64,000 nt of DNA, taken from assembly GCF_963921235.1 (NCBI RefSeq), contig NC_086097.1, positions 187,800,001-187,864,000 of the forward strand. Reading direction: 5' to 3'. Numbering within the stretch: the first letter of the stretch is position 1; each line of letters begins with the position of its first letter. Source of the DNA: Mobula hypostoma (taxonomy: Eukaryota). Of the stretch, positions 11,482 through 24,519 are shown piece by piece. The position numbers and the translations under genes were made by a program. Below the pieces are notes generated by a model. That model had not been told where the DNA came from and ran no database searches. It saw only the letters and a program-made list of their open reading frames with translations.

Positions 11482-13409
11482 CCTATCCCTCCCTCCCCCC
11501 ACTGAAAACAAGTCTTCAGTGAAACTGAAATACTCAGAACATTCATCAGTCATCCAGTTTAATGACGATTAGGCTACTGATGGGTCTACTCCTCCACACA
11601 GCCCATTTGCCATAATGTCCATACATCAATAAAGATGTCCTGAAGTACAGCTTGTTACAAGTTGCAGTTTAGTTTATTATGATTTTTTTCTTGTCAGTTT
11701 AGTAAAATAGAAAACCACTTTAAACTATTAATCAGATATAGGAAAGATGCTTAGACTGCAGGATTGGGTACAAATTCAAACATATTGTGGTTTTCTAAAA
11801 GACAGCCAGTGCTTTCTAAATATAACAAGTCTGATGGAATGAGCATTAGAAAAATTACGTAGAATGACAGGAAATTCCTTGCAGAACCGCTAGCCATGAG
11901 CAGTCAAACATGCACCTTCTGCTGATGTTGAGAAAAAAAACTGAACAGCTCAGCGACTTAAAAACCTTCATCCAGCTGCAGTTCCCACGGTCTAGCAAGG
12001 TCTTTTGAGTTATGGCTGTAGTCATGAGTCATTACAAGATTTAACCTGACAAAGAGCTGTGTTGGAGACTGCGTGGTCTGCAATAGTTTCCCCAACCTGA
12101 TAATTATTTTAGCAATGAAAGATCGGAAAGAACTTCACCTGAAATGCTTTGGGGAATGGTGTAAAGCTTCTTTAAAGTACTGAATCAGAGTTTGCTACAC
12201 TTCATTTGTGTTTAACTTGTAACCACAACTTCAGCCTTTCCCTAGAGTTATACCAATTTTGCAGCATTTTCATATTGCTATGACAAGAAATGGTTCTCGG
12301 CAATATTACTTTTTCTCTACCCCAATCAATCTTTGTCTCTGTATACTTATACCCGCAGGATAATATTTTTAGTTCTGCACATTTGAATAGATTCACACCT
12401 TTGCCTTGTCAAGAGAGTAAGTTTTGATAGACTGAGCAATTTTTCAGCACCTTTGAGGGCCTCTGTTAACACTGCATAATAACTCTAGCCTAGCTTGCAG
12501 TTTCTCTCAAGAACTACACATGGATTTACTTCTTTACACCCAGGAGCTTAATAAGTTTTGATCAACAATACAGCTGACTAGGCTTGTAGTCTGTGACAAA
12601 CTATGGCATTGTGTATAAGGATATCACTTATCTTCAACCTGATGTGGATTTTCAATGTCAATAACATTTTTATGTATTAATGGTAAGATCAATCTACCAG
12701 GTTTTGAGAGAATTGCCAGTTTTCATGGCTCTTTAACTGATTTCATTTAGTTAGCAAGCACAATTAAAATACCTGTTTTCAATCCTCAGTGTTCAATACC
12801 ACAAAGGATTGAAAACAGCAACCTCCATACTTGCAGGATTTCCCTCTTGTGTGACCTTTGCACAAACGGTGTGCATCAGTCTGCAATGTATAAGCAATAT
12901 GTTTCCCAATGGAAAGGAAAGCAAATTAGCTGTTGGTTCACCATGGACTTAGCTACATGTCAAGTATTGCATGTGCAAGCAGGCATCAGAAAATGGTTAG
13001 CCTTCTCCATAGTGCCTCTGTATATTTTGTCCAACATAATCTGTTGTACAAGGGCATGAAGAAAACTTACCCAGATATTTCACTCTTCTGGTTGTTAAAT
13101 GCAGCCAGCACTGTCAGAGCTTTGCATCATCTGCCTGGAGTGCAGAGACCCACTTGCTTTGAAGAGGAACAGATATAAGCTGGTACATTCTCTTAAAATG
13201 CTATCAGCAGGTCTGGTGGCAGTATTTGAAAAAGACACATTTTACTTTGATTTGTGAGGACAAAACAAGAAATCTAATGCCCAGCTCTGAAACAGAACCA
13301 TCTCTGTCAGCGAAATTGGCTTGAAAATGGTGGGATATATCAATAAGGGGCGACATAAGTAGTACAAATAATCAAATGAGTGAGGTGATGTAAAAAGATG
13401 TTTTAAGAT

Positions 13410-14312
13410 TGCTAAACACAAGAGGTTCTGCAGTTGCTGGAAATGCAAAACAAAACACAGAAAATGCTGGAGGAATAAACAAGCGACATTTCCTTGTCTT
13501 TATCGATCACCCCATGGGCCTTTGCATCCAGCACATCATTCTCCTTAACGTCCACCATCTCAGAGGATTGCTACCGTTAAACACATCTTTCCCCTTTCCA
13601 TAGGGATTGCTCTCTACGTGACTATCCCGTCCACCTATCCCTCTGCACTTATCTCCCTCTTGGCACTTACCCCTACAAGCAGGGTGAGTGTTACATCTGC
13701 CTCTTCACCTCCTCACCTCCTCACTCACCATCATACAAAGCTCTAAACAGTCCTTCAAAGTGAAGCGATACTTCACCTGCAAATGTCTGTCAGTGTCATC
13801 TACCATATCCAGTGCTCCCAATGTGGCCTCCTCTACTGTGGTGAGACCTGACGTAGAGGGGGTCTACTTCGTCAGGCACCTTCCCTCTGTCTGCCACAAA
13901 GGGCGTGCTTTCCCTGTGCCCACCCATTTTAATTTTACTTCCTATTCCCATTCCTATTCCTATGTGTTGGTACTTGGCCTCCTCTACTGCCATGATGAGG
14001 CCACTTCCAGGTTGGAGGAGTAACACCTCATATTCTGACCAGGTAGCCTCCAAACTGATGGTACGAGCATTGATTTCCCTGACTTCTGGTAATTTCTACC
14101 CCCTCCCATTTCTCCCAGTTTCTCACCTCAACTCCTCCCTCAGCCACCTGCCTATCCCCTCATCTAGTTTCACCTATCACTTGCCGTCTTGTACTACTTC
14201 CCCATCCCCCACCTTCTTATCCTGGCTTCTTCCTGCTCCCTTTCTTCTCCTGTTTATTCCTCTCCATAGATGCAGCCTGACCTGCTGAATTCCTCCAGCA
14301 TTTGATGTGTTT
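13410..14312 (+). mobile_element. Degraded Penelope-like 3' fragment with inverted terminal repeat at its 5' side
   Basis: ORF 13688-14023 (KQSFKVKRYFTC...GLLYCHDEATSRLEE); terminal repeat in opposite orientations at 13410-13475 and ~14200-14312. Confidence 0.8.
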
Positions 14313-14384
14313 TAAGATAGCTTCCTAGTGTTATATATCTTGTTCAAAAACACACTGTTAGCTCTAGATAAAGATCAAATGTAA

Positions 14385-14645
14385 ATACAAGATTCCATAG
14401 ATGCTTGAAAATGGAGCCACAAACAAGATTCTGAAGGAACTCAATGGATGTATGCAGCATCCATGGAGGAAATTGATGGGTATGAAGAGATCTGCCAATC
14501 ACTTACTAGCCCCTGCTCCACTCCTTCCTTTCAGCTTTTAATACCTCCCCCTTTACTTTCAGTCCAGATGAACAGTCAAATGTCCATTTCCCTCCACAGG
14601 TGCTGCCTGACCTGCAGAGTGCCTGCAGCACCTTTTCTGTTGCTT
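14385..14645. mobile_element. Degenerate Penelope terminal-repeat hairpin derivative
   Basis: gaaggaactca...gcagcatc arm followed by the inverse tgctgcctgacctgc arm. Confidence 0.6.
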
Positions 14646-15319
14646 AGGGTCAAATGCGTTGAAATTCTTATTGGTGGTAAGGATAGCCTACATGGAACCA
14701 GCGGAAGAATCCATCAGAGTATAGAAATGAAGTTTTAGACTCCAGACCTGAGATTCAAGCAAAAAAAAAGACGTTTGACTATTCCATCTAATTTTATCTG
14801 ATTCATCTAACGTCCCAGTACACTAGTTTAGATGCAAACCATTATCAGTTGGCTCCTGTGTACAGATCACCTGCCTGCCTGCCCAGCTGGGTAAGACCAT
14901 AGAGAAGGGCAGAACAATGGTAATGTACTTTTATAGACTTAGATAAAGTCTACTTTACATCCTATTTGATAGCAGTTGTTATTTCTAAAATCTGCCATTT
15001 TAAAGTACTTTTTGGTCCCACATAGTACATTATGTCCACATTAATTAATGCTTAATTAACTTTGAAGACTCGAAGCTTGCTTTATAGAACCTCAGGCAAA
15101 CTAAACAACATGATAGCAACAAAATGCTAAAATATTTATGACATAATAAAATCTGCTGAGTGCTCGTCAGTAAAGAAAATGTTCGCGATATGAGGCCACA
15201 TCATAGTCCGATTACAGTTACTGGTATGGTAAGAAGAGCTAAACTTTTGTCTAGCTCTTCTCCTTGTACGCGGCACAAAAGGGCAGCTATTTGTTCTGTC
15301 TGATCTATGTCGACCTTAA

Positions 15320-16865
15320 GTCAGAATCAGGTTTATTATCATATTCAGAATCAGCTTCAGATTTACTTATCACATGTACATCGAAATATTCAGTGAAATG
15401 TGCTGTTTGTCGTAACAACCAACACACACAAGGGGCGGGCTGCTGCTGTTACCACTCATTCTGGCACCAACATACCATGCCCTCAGAGTTCAACACAACA
15501 ACAATACAACATAACACAACACAATAGAACAAAACAGGACAGCAGCAAAACAAGCCTCTTTCTCATCCTACCCCTCTCATGCACACAGGTTTTCAAATCC
15601 TGTACAGGCCACCTCCAGTCCTTAGCTCCTGACTCTCAAATTCATAGACATTGGGCCAGTCTGTGGACAGGACACACCCTCTACCTCTGGACCTGTTAAG
15701 CTCTAGACTTCAACCTGCAACCTTGCTCTCCAGATGTTGTTGACCTCTGGGTAGCGACCACAGTATTCGCCAGTCACTTATTTGACTTTCAGGCCTCAAC
15801 CCCAGGGCTCGTCATTCATGGGTTTGACCCATGATATCACTGATATACATCATGAAAATTGTTGTTTTGCTGCAGCAGAACATTGCAATGCAAGATTAAG
15901 TTCAAGTTCCAGTTTATTGCCATCTGACTGTACATATATACAATCAAGCAAAACAACATCCCTCCAGACCACAGAGCACACACACACAACATAAACCAAA
16001 ATATTACACTGTAAATATGTTCATAAAATATAATTCAAAATGCATGCAGTAAAGCGCAGCACCAGTAAACAGCTCGCTGTCCGAGTGACGGGACCTCGGA
16101 GTTGGCAGGGTATTCATTAGTCTCACAGCCTGAGAGAAGAAGCTTTTACAGAGTCTGGCAGTCATAGTCATGTTGCTTCTGTACCTCCTTCATGACATTA
16201 GTGGGTCAAAGAGATTGTGGGATGGGTGGTAGGGCTCTTCAACAATGCGTTGGGCCCTTCATCTGCAACACTCCCCGTAAATGTCACAAGTATGGGGGAG
16301 GGAGACCCCAGTGATCCTCTCTGCAGTTTTATGGTCTGCAGTCCTCTGCCTTGCAGCTTCTGTACCACACAATGATGCAGCCAGACAGGGCACTTTCGAT
16401 GGTGCTGCTGCTGAGTTCCTCCAGTGTTTTGTGCGAGGATTTCCTGCATCTTTGGATTTCTGGCATCTGCAGACTTTTTCTTGTGTTTCAGAGGGCATTT
16501 CCTGAAGGAGGGTACGGCCCGAAACGTCGACTGTTCCATAGATGCTGCCTGGCCTGATGAGATCCTCCAGCATTTTGTATGAGGATTTCCTGCATCTTTG
16601 GATTTTTGGCATCTGCAGATTTTTTTGGTGTTACGGAGGGCATATCCTGCAAGCGAGAGTTCTTCATGATGGATGCGGCCCTCTTAAGGCATTGTCCTTT
16701 GGCAATAGTCTCGGTGGTGGGGAGACTGATGCCCACAATGGAGCTAGCTGAGTTTACAACTCTCTGCAGCTATTTTCCCATCCTGTGCAATAGATTCTCC
16801 TACCAGATGATGATGCAGCCAGTCAGAATGTCCTCCACAGTACAGCTGTAGATCTGGTGTCATAC
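15320..16865 (-). mobile_element. Cluster of Rex1/Babar-type LINE 3' ends
   Basis: tcagaatcaggtttattatc and ttcaagttc...tttatt tails; C-terminal peptide remnants (TAERITGVSLP, CLKRAASIMK). Interrupted by the Penelope repeat at 16405-16632. Confidence 0.65.
16405..16632 (+). mobile_element. Head-to-tail partial tandem of Penelope terminal repeat with damaged hammerhead
   Basis: Direct repeat with ~146-nt period (gagttcctccag at 16413, gagatcctccag at 16559); CTGAAGG-AGGGTACGGCCC-GAAACGTC-GACTG at 16502-16533. Confidence 0.85.
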
Positions 16866-17304
16866 CTTAGGAGAGCAACTCAATTTGTTCCACTTCCTCT
16901 CTCATTATTTTACCTATTTCCCTGCAAATTATTCTTTCCAATATATGCCCATCAAATCTTCTTTATAATCTTCTAGCCATTAAGATATACTAAGAGTTTT
17001 TGAGACTGATTACAATGAGCTACATAGAAACTATAATATGGAAATATAAAAGATTTTCATTCATGTGGCAGATCTTCCAGAGAGAATCTTTCACTATGTT
17101 TTAGAATTCTTAAAGACAAAGACAATGATAAACTACAGTTTCAATAGCTACAAATACCTACTTAAACATTTTGATGCTGACAAATAACTTTGCAGAGTTA
17201 CATATTTACAATGGCAGAACGTTCCAAATAGCAGAACCCCTTTGAATATTCAAAACTAGAGGCTGGTCCAAAAACCTCTCAGCACAAACTCCAGACACTC
17301 CAGC

Positions 17305-17501
17305 CAACACTCACAACACACTGGAGGAACTCAGCAGGTCGGGCAGCATCTGTGGAAAAGATCGGCCAACGTTTCGGGCCGGAACCCTTCGCCCGAAACG
17401 TCGACCAATCTTTTCCATGGATGCTGCCCGACCTGATGAGTTCCTCCAGTGTGTTGTGAGTGTTGCTTTGACCCCAGCATCTGCAGAGTATTTTGTGTTT
17501 A
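17305..17501. mobile_element. Non-coding palindromic derivative of the Penelope terminal repeat
   Basis: ~75-bp inverted arms around gggccggaacccttcgccc; 3' extension nearly identical to 50860-50910. Confidence 0.88.
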
Positions 17502-17849
17502 CAAGACATTCCAGACACCCAACTCTTTTGTTAGTGTTGAGGAATAGCTCCCCAAATATACAACTAGCCTGAATATTCAGTGATAAAACAGATCTGTCCT
17601 GAGCTGTGCATTATATGGCATGGATATGCCTATAACAAAGTGTCAACAGAGGAGATGGCCACTTAATGCCTTCCCTAATGTAACCTTAAGTCTTCTCCTG
17701 CATAGTTTCAAAGTCCTATATCCATTGATAGGTTTCAATGACCCCAAAGCCTCAGTTAAAGTTAAATTGTGAACGGGTTTTATTTCCTGATGACTGGTTC
17801 TTATTTTAATTAATAACCACTACCTATGATTTCATAGCTCCAGAATAAT

Positions 17850-18015
17850 CCCTACCAGGGGATACTTTACAGAAGCCAGTACTTGGGATGAGGGAAAAAC
17901 CAGACTACCCAAAAGAGAGCTGCAGAGCCAAAGAGAAAGCATGCAGACTTCAAGGTCAGGAGTGAACCTAGATCTCTGAAACCATGAGACTGCAACACAA
18001 CTGCTGCTACACCAC
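17850..18015 (-). mobile_element. Degraded tRNA-derived SINE
   Basis: Similar to the SINEs at 35255-35570 and 40340-40602; minus strand shows worn A/B-box-like motifs. Confidence 0.5.
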
Positions 18016-18416
18016 ATTGCCCTGTTTCTCCAACAGACTGCCAAATGATTTGTGCAAAAGAGAAAACTTTATTGAAGATATAGTTTCATTACCCATTTTC
18101 TGATCAAAATTCTCCTTCTGCCCATTATATTTCAGCTTTTTAGCAGCAAAAAGGCAATTTACCTTATGTTAATTTAACTTTTTTCCAGCCTAAGGATGCT
18201 GAAGTATCTTGGGACAAAATTGTGCAGATTTAATTAACCAAAAATGATGAGCTTGTTCTCCTTGCAATTGTTAACAAAGATTCAGAAAGTATCGCAATGG
18301 AGGAAGTAAATCTATGCCTTTGAAGTTTCAAACAAGTGAATGAGACTAATCTGAATTTATTCTTCAAATATCAACATGAAAAACTGACTCTTAATATCAG
18401 AATATTTACTCAACAG

Positions 18417-18567
18417 GTAGCAAGTATTGGGTCTTCAAAGAAGCTACACTGGAATTAGGTTATCCTCAGAATTTGGTGGAACTAGGAAGTGGTGTACCTT
18501 CCCAGGGCATTGACACAGCAGTGTGGTGGGAAGACGTTGGCAAAACCTACTTCTTCAAAGGAGACAG
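18417..18567 (+). CDS. MMP16: MMP16 internal coding exon, hemopexin domain (probably exon 8)
   Basis: caacAG acceptor and GTgagt donor. 151 nt continue the previous exon in frame: (G)SKYWVFKEATLELGYPQNLVELGSGVPSQGIDTAVWWEDVGKTYFFKGD(R). Confidence 0.96.
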
Positions 18568-18880
18568 GTGAGTGTGGTTAATGTAAATTTGAGTTTTGTT
18601 TTGGATGGCTTGTGATGTATGTTACGCGAGTGAAGATGAAATTCTTGTTTACCAGAGAACTTTTTCATACAGAAAGATCATGCAAATATGATTATCATGT
18701 TTATACAATGGTGCACAAGCAACAGGTCATTCTTTAGTTTCATTTACCTTATCATTCAATGCACATGCTGAGCTTTGCATGAAGCTTAATCCTCTTGAAA
18801 TTGTACGGAGCAATTGTCAGCAGATGCTTTAAATAATTTGTATACTTTTTTCAAGATGTTTTCTCCTAAGGTGTTAAAGT

Positions 18881-19486
18881 GAGGTATGATGAGGGCTTCC
18901 GTCAGTCAGAGCTGACCATGGATATTGTGTCCTAGCTGTCTAGATACACAAGCCTGGGCAGTACACTATGGAGAGCAAGTTGTTGCCCATGTAGCAAGCT
19001 CCCCCTCTCCACACATCTGATGAACCCAAAGGAACAACAGAGACCGATGCAGTTTGGTACCGGCAGTGTCACAGGAATCACCAGTCAGCATTGAACTCAT
19101 TCATTCTGTTGTGTTTCTTGCACTTACTCAGTATGCTCACAAGAAAACGAATCTCAGGTTTGAGTATGGTAAATCTTTGATAATAAATTTACTTTGAACT
19201 TTGAACTATTGGACAGTTCCTTGATCCCTCAACCTATCGCATATGTAGGACTGCCTTAGGGACTCCAGCTCCAGATTTTTCCCTCGGGATTTACTACAGA
19301 AGCCTTCCCAATGAGTGGATATAGCCACAAGGTAGCAGAGGTTTGAGACTAGAGTTTTCTTTCTCCTAGATGAGCTGCCAACCACAGCTGACGAGCCCTA
19401 TCTGCTCGAAGTGACTGGTTTTAAGGTACCAGTAACGCACGTCTGCCCCTTCCTCTGTCAATAGAAATGGTTCTGCCTTAGGTCCA
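18881..19486 (-). mobile_element. Non-coding RTE-related retroelement with 19-bp TSD and nested LINE tail (~19100-19210)
   Basis: TSD tctcct(a/t)aggtgttaaagt at 18862-18880 and 19487-19505. Minus strand has GGTTGGCAGCTCATCTAGGAGAAAGAAAACTCT...TCAAACC, an RTE 5'UTR-like motif. Confidence 0.75.
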
Positions 19487-20059
19487 TCTCCTTAGGTGTT
19501 AAAGTAGACAAATTTAAAAGGTACTAGATAGATGTAATTAGTTTATTGGTCCTGGCTTTACAAAATTAAAAAAAAATCGTTCATTCAACAGAACTCTTGT
19601 TTATGTTGGAAATAGAGACCCAACTTCACATCACACTAATCGTTGTATAGCAATCTTTCTTCTCTAACATTTTGTCTTCTCAATTTGTCTCTAACATTTA
19701 ATAATAAAAAAAATCTTCATATTACAATTAACAACCTACCACCTATAGCCACATCTTTACCAAAAAGCAAAAATGCTGCAGCTGCTGGAAATATAAAATG
19801 AAAACAGAAAATATTGTAAGTACTCAGCAGGTCATGGAGTATTTTTGGAGAGAAATTGGTAAATTGCTTCATTATGGCCATGTATACAGATGTGTATAGA
19901 TGTATATATAGATACGGAAGCTTGTCTTGCATATTGTTCATAAAAATCAATTCAACAAGTAAAACAATACCAGAGTGTAAAAAGAAAGTACATTACAGAT
20001 AGACAATAACGTGTGAGTCATAATGCGATAGATTAAGGGATTAAGGAACTGTTCAATCA

Positions 20060-22240
20060 TTCAAAGTAAATTTATTATCAAAGGTTTACCACATTCAAGC
20101 CTGAGATTCATCTTCTTGCGAGCATACTGAGTAACTGCAAGAAACACAATGTTATAAATGAAAGACTGCACCCGACAGGATGGACAAACAACCACTGTGC
20201 AAGTACAAAAAAAAGTAATAAATAAGCAATAGATAACATGAAATGAAGAGTCCTTGAAAATAAGTCCATAGGTTGTGGGAACAGTTCAGTGACAGGGTGA
20301 GTGAAGTTGAGAGAAGTATCTCCTCCACTTCAAGAGCCTGATAGTTGTGGGTAGTAACTGTTCCTTAACCAGGTGGTGTTGGTCCTGATGTTCCTGTACC
20401 TTCTTCCTGATGGCAGCAGTGAGAAAAGAGCATGGCCTGGATGCTGCTTTCCTATGACAGCACTCTGTGTAAATGTGCTCAGTGGTGGGAAGAGCTTTGC
20501 CTGTGAAGGTCTGGGCAAAATCCATTACTTTTTGTAGGCCATTGCATTCAAGGGCATTGTGTTTCCTTACCAGGTCAATCAATAAAATCTCCACCATATA
20601 TCTATTGAAGTTTGTCAAAGTTTTTGATGTCATGCCAAATCTTCACAAGTTCTTAGGAAATGGACTTTCTTCATAATTGCACTAACATGCTAGGCCCAGG
20701 ACAGATTCTCTGAAATGATAACACTGAGAAATTTAAAGTAGCTAACCCTCTCTACCTCTGATCCCCCGATGAGGACTGGCACATGGACCTCTGGTTTAAT
20801 CCTTCTGGTCAATAATCAGCTCCTTGGTCCTTCTAACATATAATGAGAGGTCGTTGTGGTGGACTACTTAACCAGATTTTCAATCTCCCTCCTAACTGTT
20901 GATTTGTCCCCATCTTTGATTCAGCCAATGACAGTGGTATTGCATGCAAACTTAAATATGGCATTTGAGCTGTACTTAGCCTCACAGTCGTATGTATAAA
21001 GCGAGGCGAGCAGAGGGCAATGCACCCAGCATTGTGGTACACCTGTGCTGATGGAGATTGTGGAGATGATGTTGTTGCCAATTTGAACTGAGTGGGGTTA
21101 ACAAGAGAGGAACTTGAGGATGCAGTTTCACAAGGAGGTGCTGAGACCAAAGCTTTGAAGCTTATTGATTAGTTTTGAAGAGATAATAGTAATTGTAGCT
21201 GATAATGAACATCCTGATGTTTTTGGTTTTGCTGTCCAGATATTTCAGGGTTGAGTGAAATGTCCATGAAATGGCATCTGCTGTTGACTCATAATAATAG
21301 TCACATAGTTTCATAAACAGTTGTTCTTCAGCCTGATATGGGTTCTCCAGCTTTTATATCTTCTGGACAATGGGAGGGAGAAGAAGATTGAATGTCTAGG
21401 GTGGATGGGGACTTTGATTATGTTGGCTGCTTTATCGAGGGAACAAGAAGTGTAAAGAGAGTTAACAGGAGATGTGCTGAACTGTGTCTGCAATTCTCTG
21501 CAGTTCTCTGTGGTGCCGTCAGACTAGTTGCAACACTAAGCCGTGATGCATCCAGATAGGGTGCTTTCTATGGAGCGTCACTAAAAGTTGCTGTGCGCTA
21601 AAGAGAACATGCTAACTTTTATCCTCTCTTGAGAAACCAGAGGCACTAGTGAGTTTTCTTGGCCATGGGATCAACATGGTTAGACTAGGATGGTGCATTA
21701 ATGTATACGGGAGCATACTGTATGTACCACCTTCTTCCTGAAGTCAACTCGCTCTTATTTGAGGTACTGTTCACACCAGTGTTATCATCTGCAAACGTAG
21801 ATGGAACTAGAGCAGAATCTGGCAACAGAAGCATGAGTGAACGTGCAGTAGAGGAGGGAGCTGAGAATGCAACCTCATGGGGCACCAGTGTTGAGGATAA
21901 TCATGGCAGAGGCCCTGCTGCCTATCCTTACTGATTGCTGTCTGTTCATCAGGAAATCAAGGATACAGTTGCAAAGGGAAATGTCGAGTGCCAGGTCCAG
22001 TTTAGAAATGAGTTTACTTGGAATTATACCATTGAGAGCTGAGGCTGTAGTCAATAAAAAAAAATAGGTGAAGGTTGGTGTCTTTACTGTCCAGATACTC
22101 CATATATGAGTGAAGATGAGGGAGATGGTATCTGCTGTTGAACTGTTTCAGTGGTAAGCAAAGTACAATGGCTTAGGGTTGTCTGGGAGGCCGGAGTCAA
22201 TGTGTGCCTTTCGAAGCACTTCATGTCAGAGCCACATGGA
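20060..22240 (-). mobile_element. Stack of degraded Rex1/Babar-type LINE fragments
   Basis: Tail ttcaaagtaaatttattatc; peptides MTSKTLTNFNRYMVE, HALFSLLPSGRRYRNIRTNTTWLRNSYYP, FADD, MKCFER. Confidence 0.75.
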
Positions 22241-23199
22241 GCAACGGAGTTGAAGTTTTGGATCAATTATCTTTCATCAGAATTCAGAAAAATTAGAGAT
22301 CTAAGATGTTTCTAACTGAGGAGAAGTGAGGAAAAAGGAGAGATTAACAAGAATATGAGTGACAGGGTGAAAACCAAGAGGGAGTAAATAACATAAATGG
22401 TGTTGGTGCTGACTGAGAGTTAAAGAAAATGCTGAAGGCTTGTTAAATTATAGTTGATTTTTTTTGGATGAGGTATACTGTAAGTAGAGAGGTGTGAACA
22501 AAGAAAGATGCAACTGTGAAGTACAAACACTAGAGTTTGTTGTAATTCTGAACTCAAAACAGAAAATACCCAGAAGGTCGGTCAGCATTTGTGCAGAAAG
22601 AAAAACCATAGGCTTCATAGCCAGTATTGTAATAACATGTCTGGTAATTGTGTATCACATAACTCTACTATTGATCTAAAATTGCCCAAAATTATCAAGG
22701 TGGAAGTGCACATTATGAATAGTCAATCTGACGATAACAAAACGTAACCTTTATTAGCTAGCAAATTCACATAGTCTTTCAAGTAGATATATTTGGATCT
22801 GGAACATTGTTGCTGTTGTTTTGAGGTCAAGTTGTTAGAGAATACAGAACACTGGTCAGTACAACAACCCAAAATCATCAGAACCTCTCCTGTGGACATT
22901 CCTGCCCTCTTTAAACTGCATTATAGTTTAAACTGACAGGTATCTGTGGCTGGACTGGGGGTATTGCTAAGAGGTTATGAGTTGCTATGGACATATTGGA
23001 GCTTCTCCTCAAATCCTCTCATTCACCTTTATTTAACATTTGGTTCATGACTGCCCACAAAACAAAATAATAAACAATGGAACTACAACAAATCTCACAC
23101 ACAGTTGATGTGTTTTTCCAGAACTTTTTAAGACATATCATAAAACATAAATAATGAAAAATTGGAGGGAAATGGCACCAATGGTTAGGAATTTTGCAA

Positions 23200-24420
23200 T
23201 GCTAGTGATAAGGATATCCAATCACAAACTGAAGGTTTAAAGTTAAGAAACAGTGGAGGTACTGTTACACTACCAAGATTGTTCCTTATGCCACATACTA
23301 GTGAGAAAAGTAATTGAAGAGCAAGTTTGCAAGGAAATTGCAGATAAATGCAAAGCCATAATGTAACCGTAATGAACTTCAGCTATAAATACATATCGTA
23401 GGAACCTGATGAGTTTCTAAAGTATATTCAGAACATCTTTTTGATCAGAATATTTCTGGCTCAATTAGAAAGATGTATTGTTGGACTCTATTCTGGGAAA
23501 TGAGCCAAACCCAGCAGAATAAGTATCATTTGGGGCGGGGGGGGGGGGTCATCTAAGAAACAATCATTATTATACACAAAGATTAGAAGAGCATATTGAC
23601 TAATCGATGGTTAAAAAAATTGTCACTGGGAGAAGGGCTATTTTCAATGCTATGATAACAAATCTGGCACAGGTAAATTAAAATCAAAGCTTGGCAGGCA
23701 AGAAGGGCAAATGAATAACGAGAGAACTTTAAGATGGAATTGTTTAAGTAGCTATCAAAATACACTTTCAGAAGGGGAAGATAGTAAAATTAAAGTACAC
23801 ATACCTTGGTTGACCAAAAAGGCAGAGGGCAAAAGAGAAGACAAGAAAGAATGTGTGACAGAACCTAACACGTTAACCCAGTGAGAACATCAGACAGAAA
23901 GTAAAAATGGATAAAATCAGCAGAGAGAGAAAACATGTGAGAAGACCGGCCATCATTATAAAAGAGAATCCAAAAATTTGCATGTAAACAGAAATGGTGT
24001 TTTTAGCAAAAAAGATGTTGCTGGAATAACTGCAAAGTAATAAATAGATGAGATTCTGGGTTGGAAAGACATTAAGTAAAATGTAGATACTAGAAAGGCC
24101 AGCTGCACTTTAAGTAAAAGTTCAGACAATATGCATTATAGATTGATGAGGAAAGGAGGGAGCAGAGATCTTGGTCATAATCTTCCAACCATCTGTCGTG
24201 TGGTGCTCAGTGCCCAGAAAATCGCAAATGCTCCATCCTCATTCAAAAATGACTCAGAGATAAATTCAGTAACTACAGACCAGTCATTGCAACCTCGGTG
24301 GTGGAGAAAAATTTAGAAGCAATAACGAGGAACAGAATCAGCAATCTCTTGGAGAAGTGTGGATTGATTAGTGAAATAATAAATTAATGAAATAAAGAGA
24401 GCTGATGAGGGAAATGCAAA
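23200..24420 (+). mobile_element. Very old CR1 ORF2 remnant
   Basis: Residual CR1 endonuclease/linker-like sequence (ttggactctattctgggaaatgagcc, aaagagaatccaaaa); many stops. Confidence 0.5.
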
Positions 24421-24519
24421 AGCTTCTAATAATGCAGCTGATAATAAATGTGTTATCAAAACTGAATGCCTCTAACATTAGGAATTTGGAATGTGTATTT
24501 TGTTTTTTTTTTGCACAAA

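Noticed and set aside
12443..12463. REST/RE1-like site TTCAGCACC
   Set aside because: Only the left half matches; the right half (TGAGGGCCTC) departs from GGACAGCGCC.
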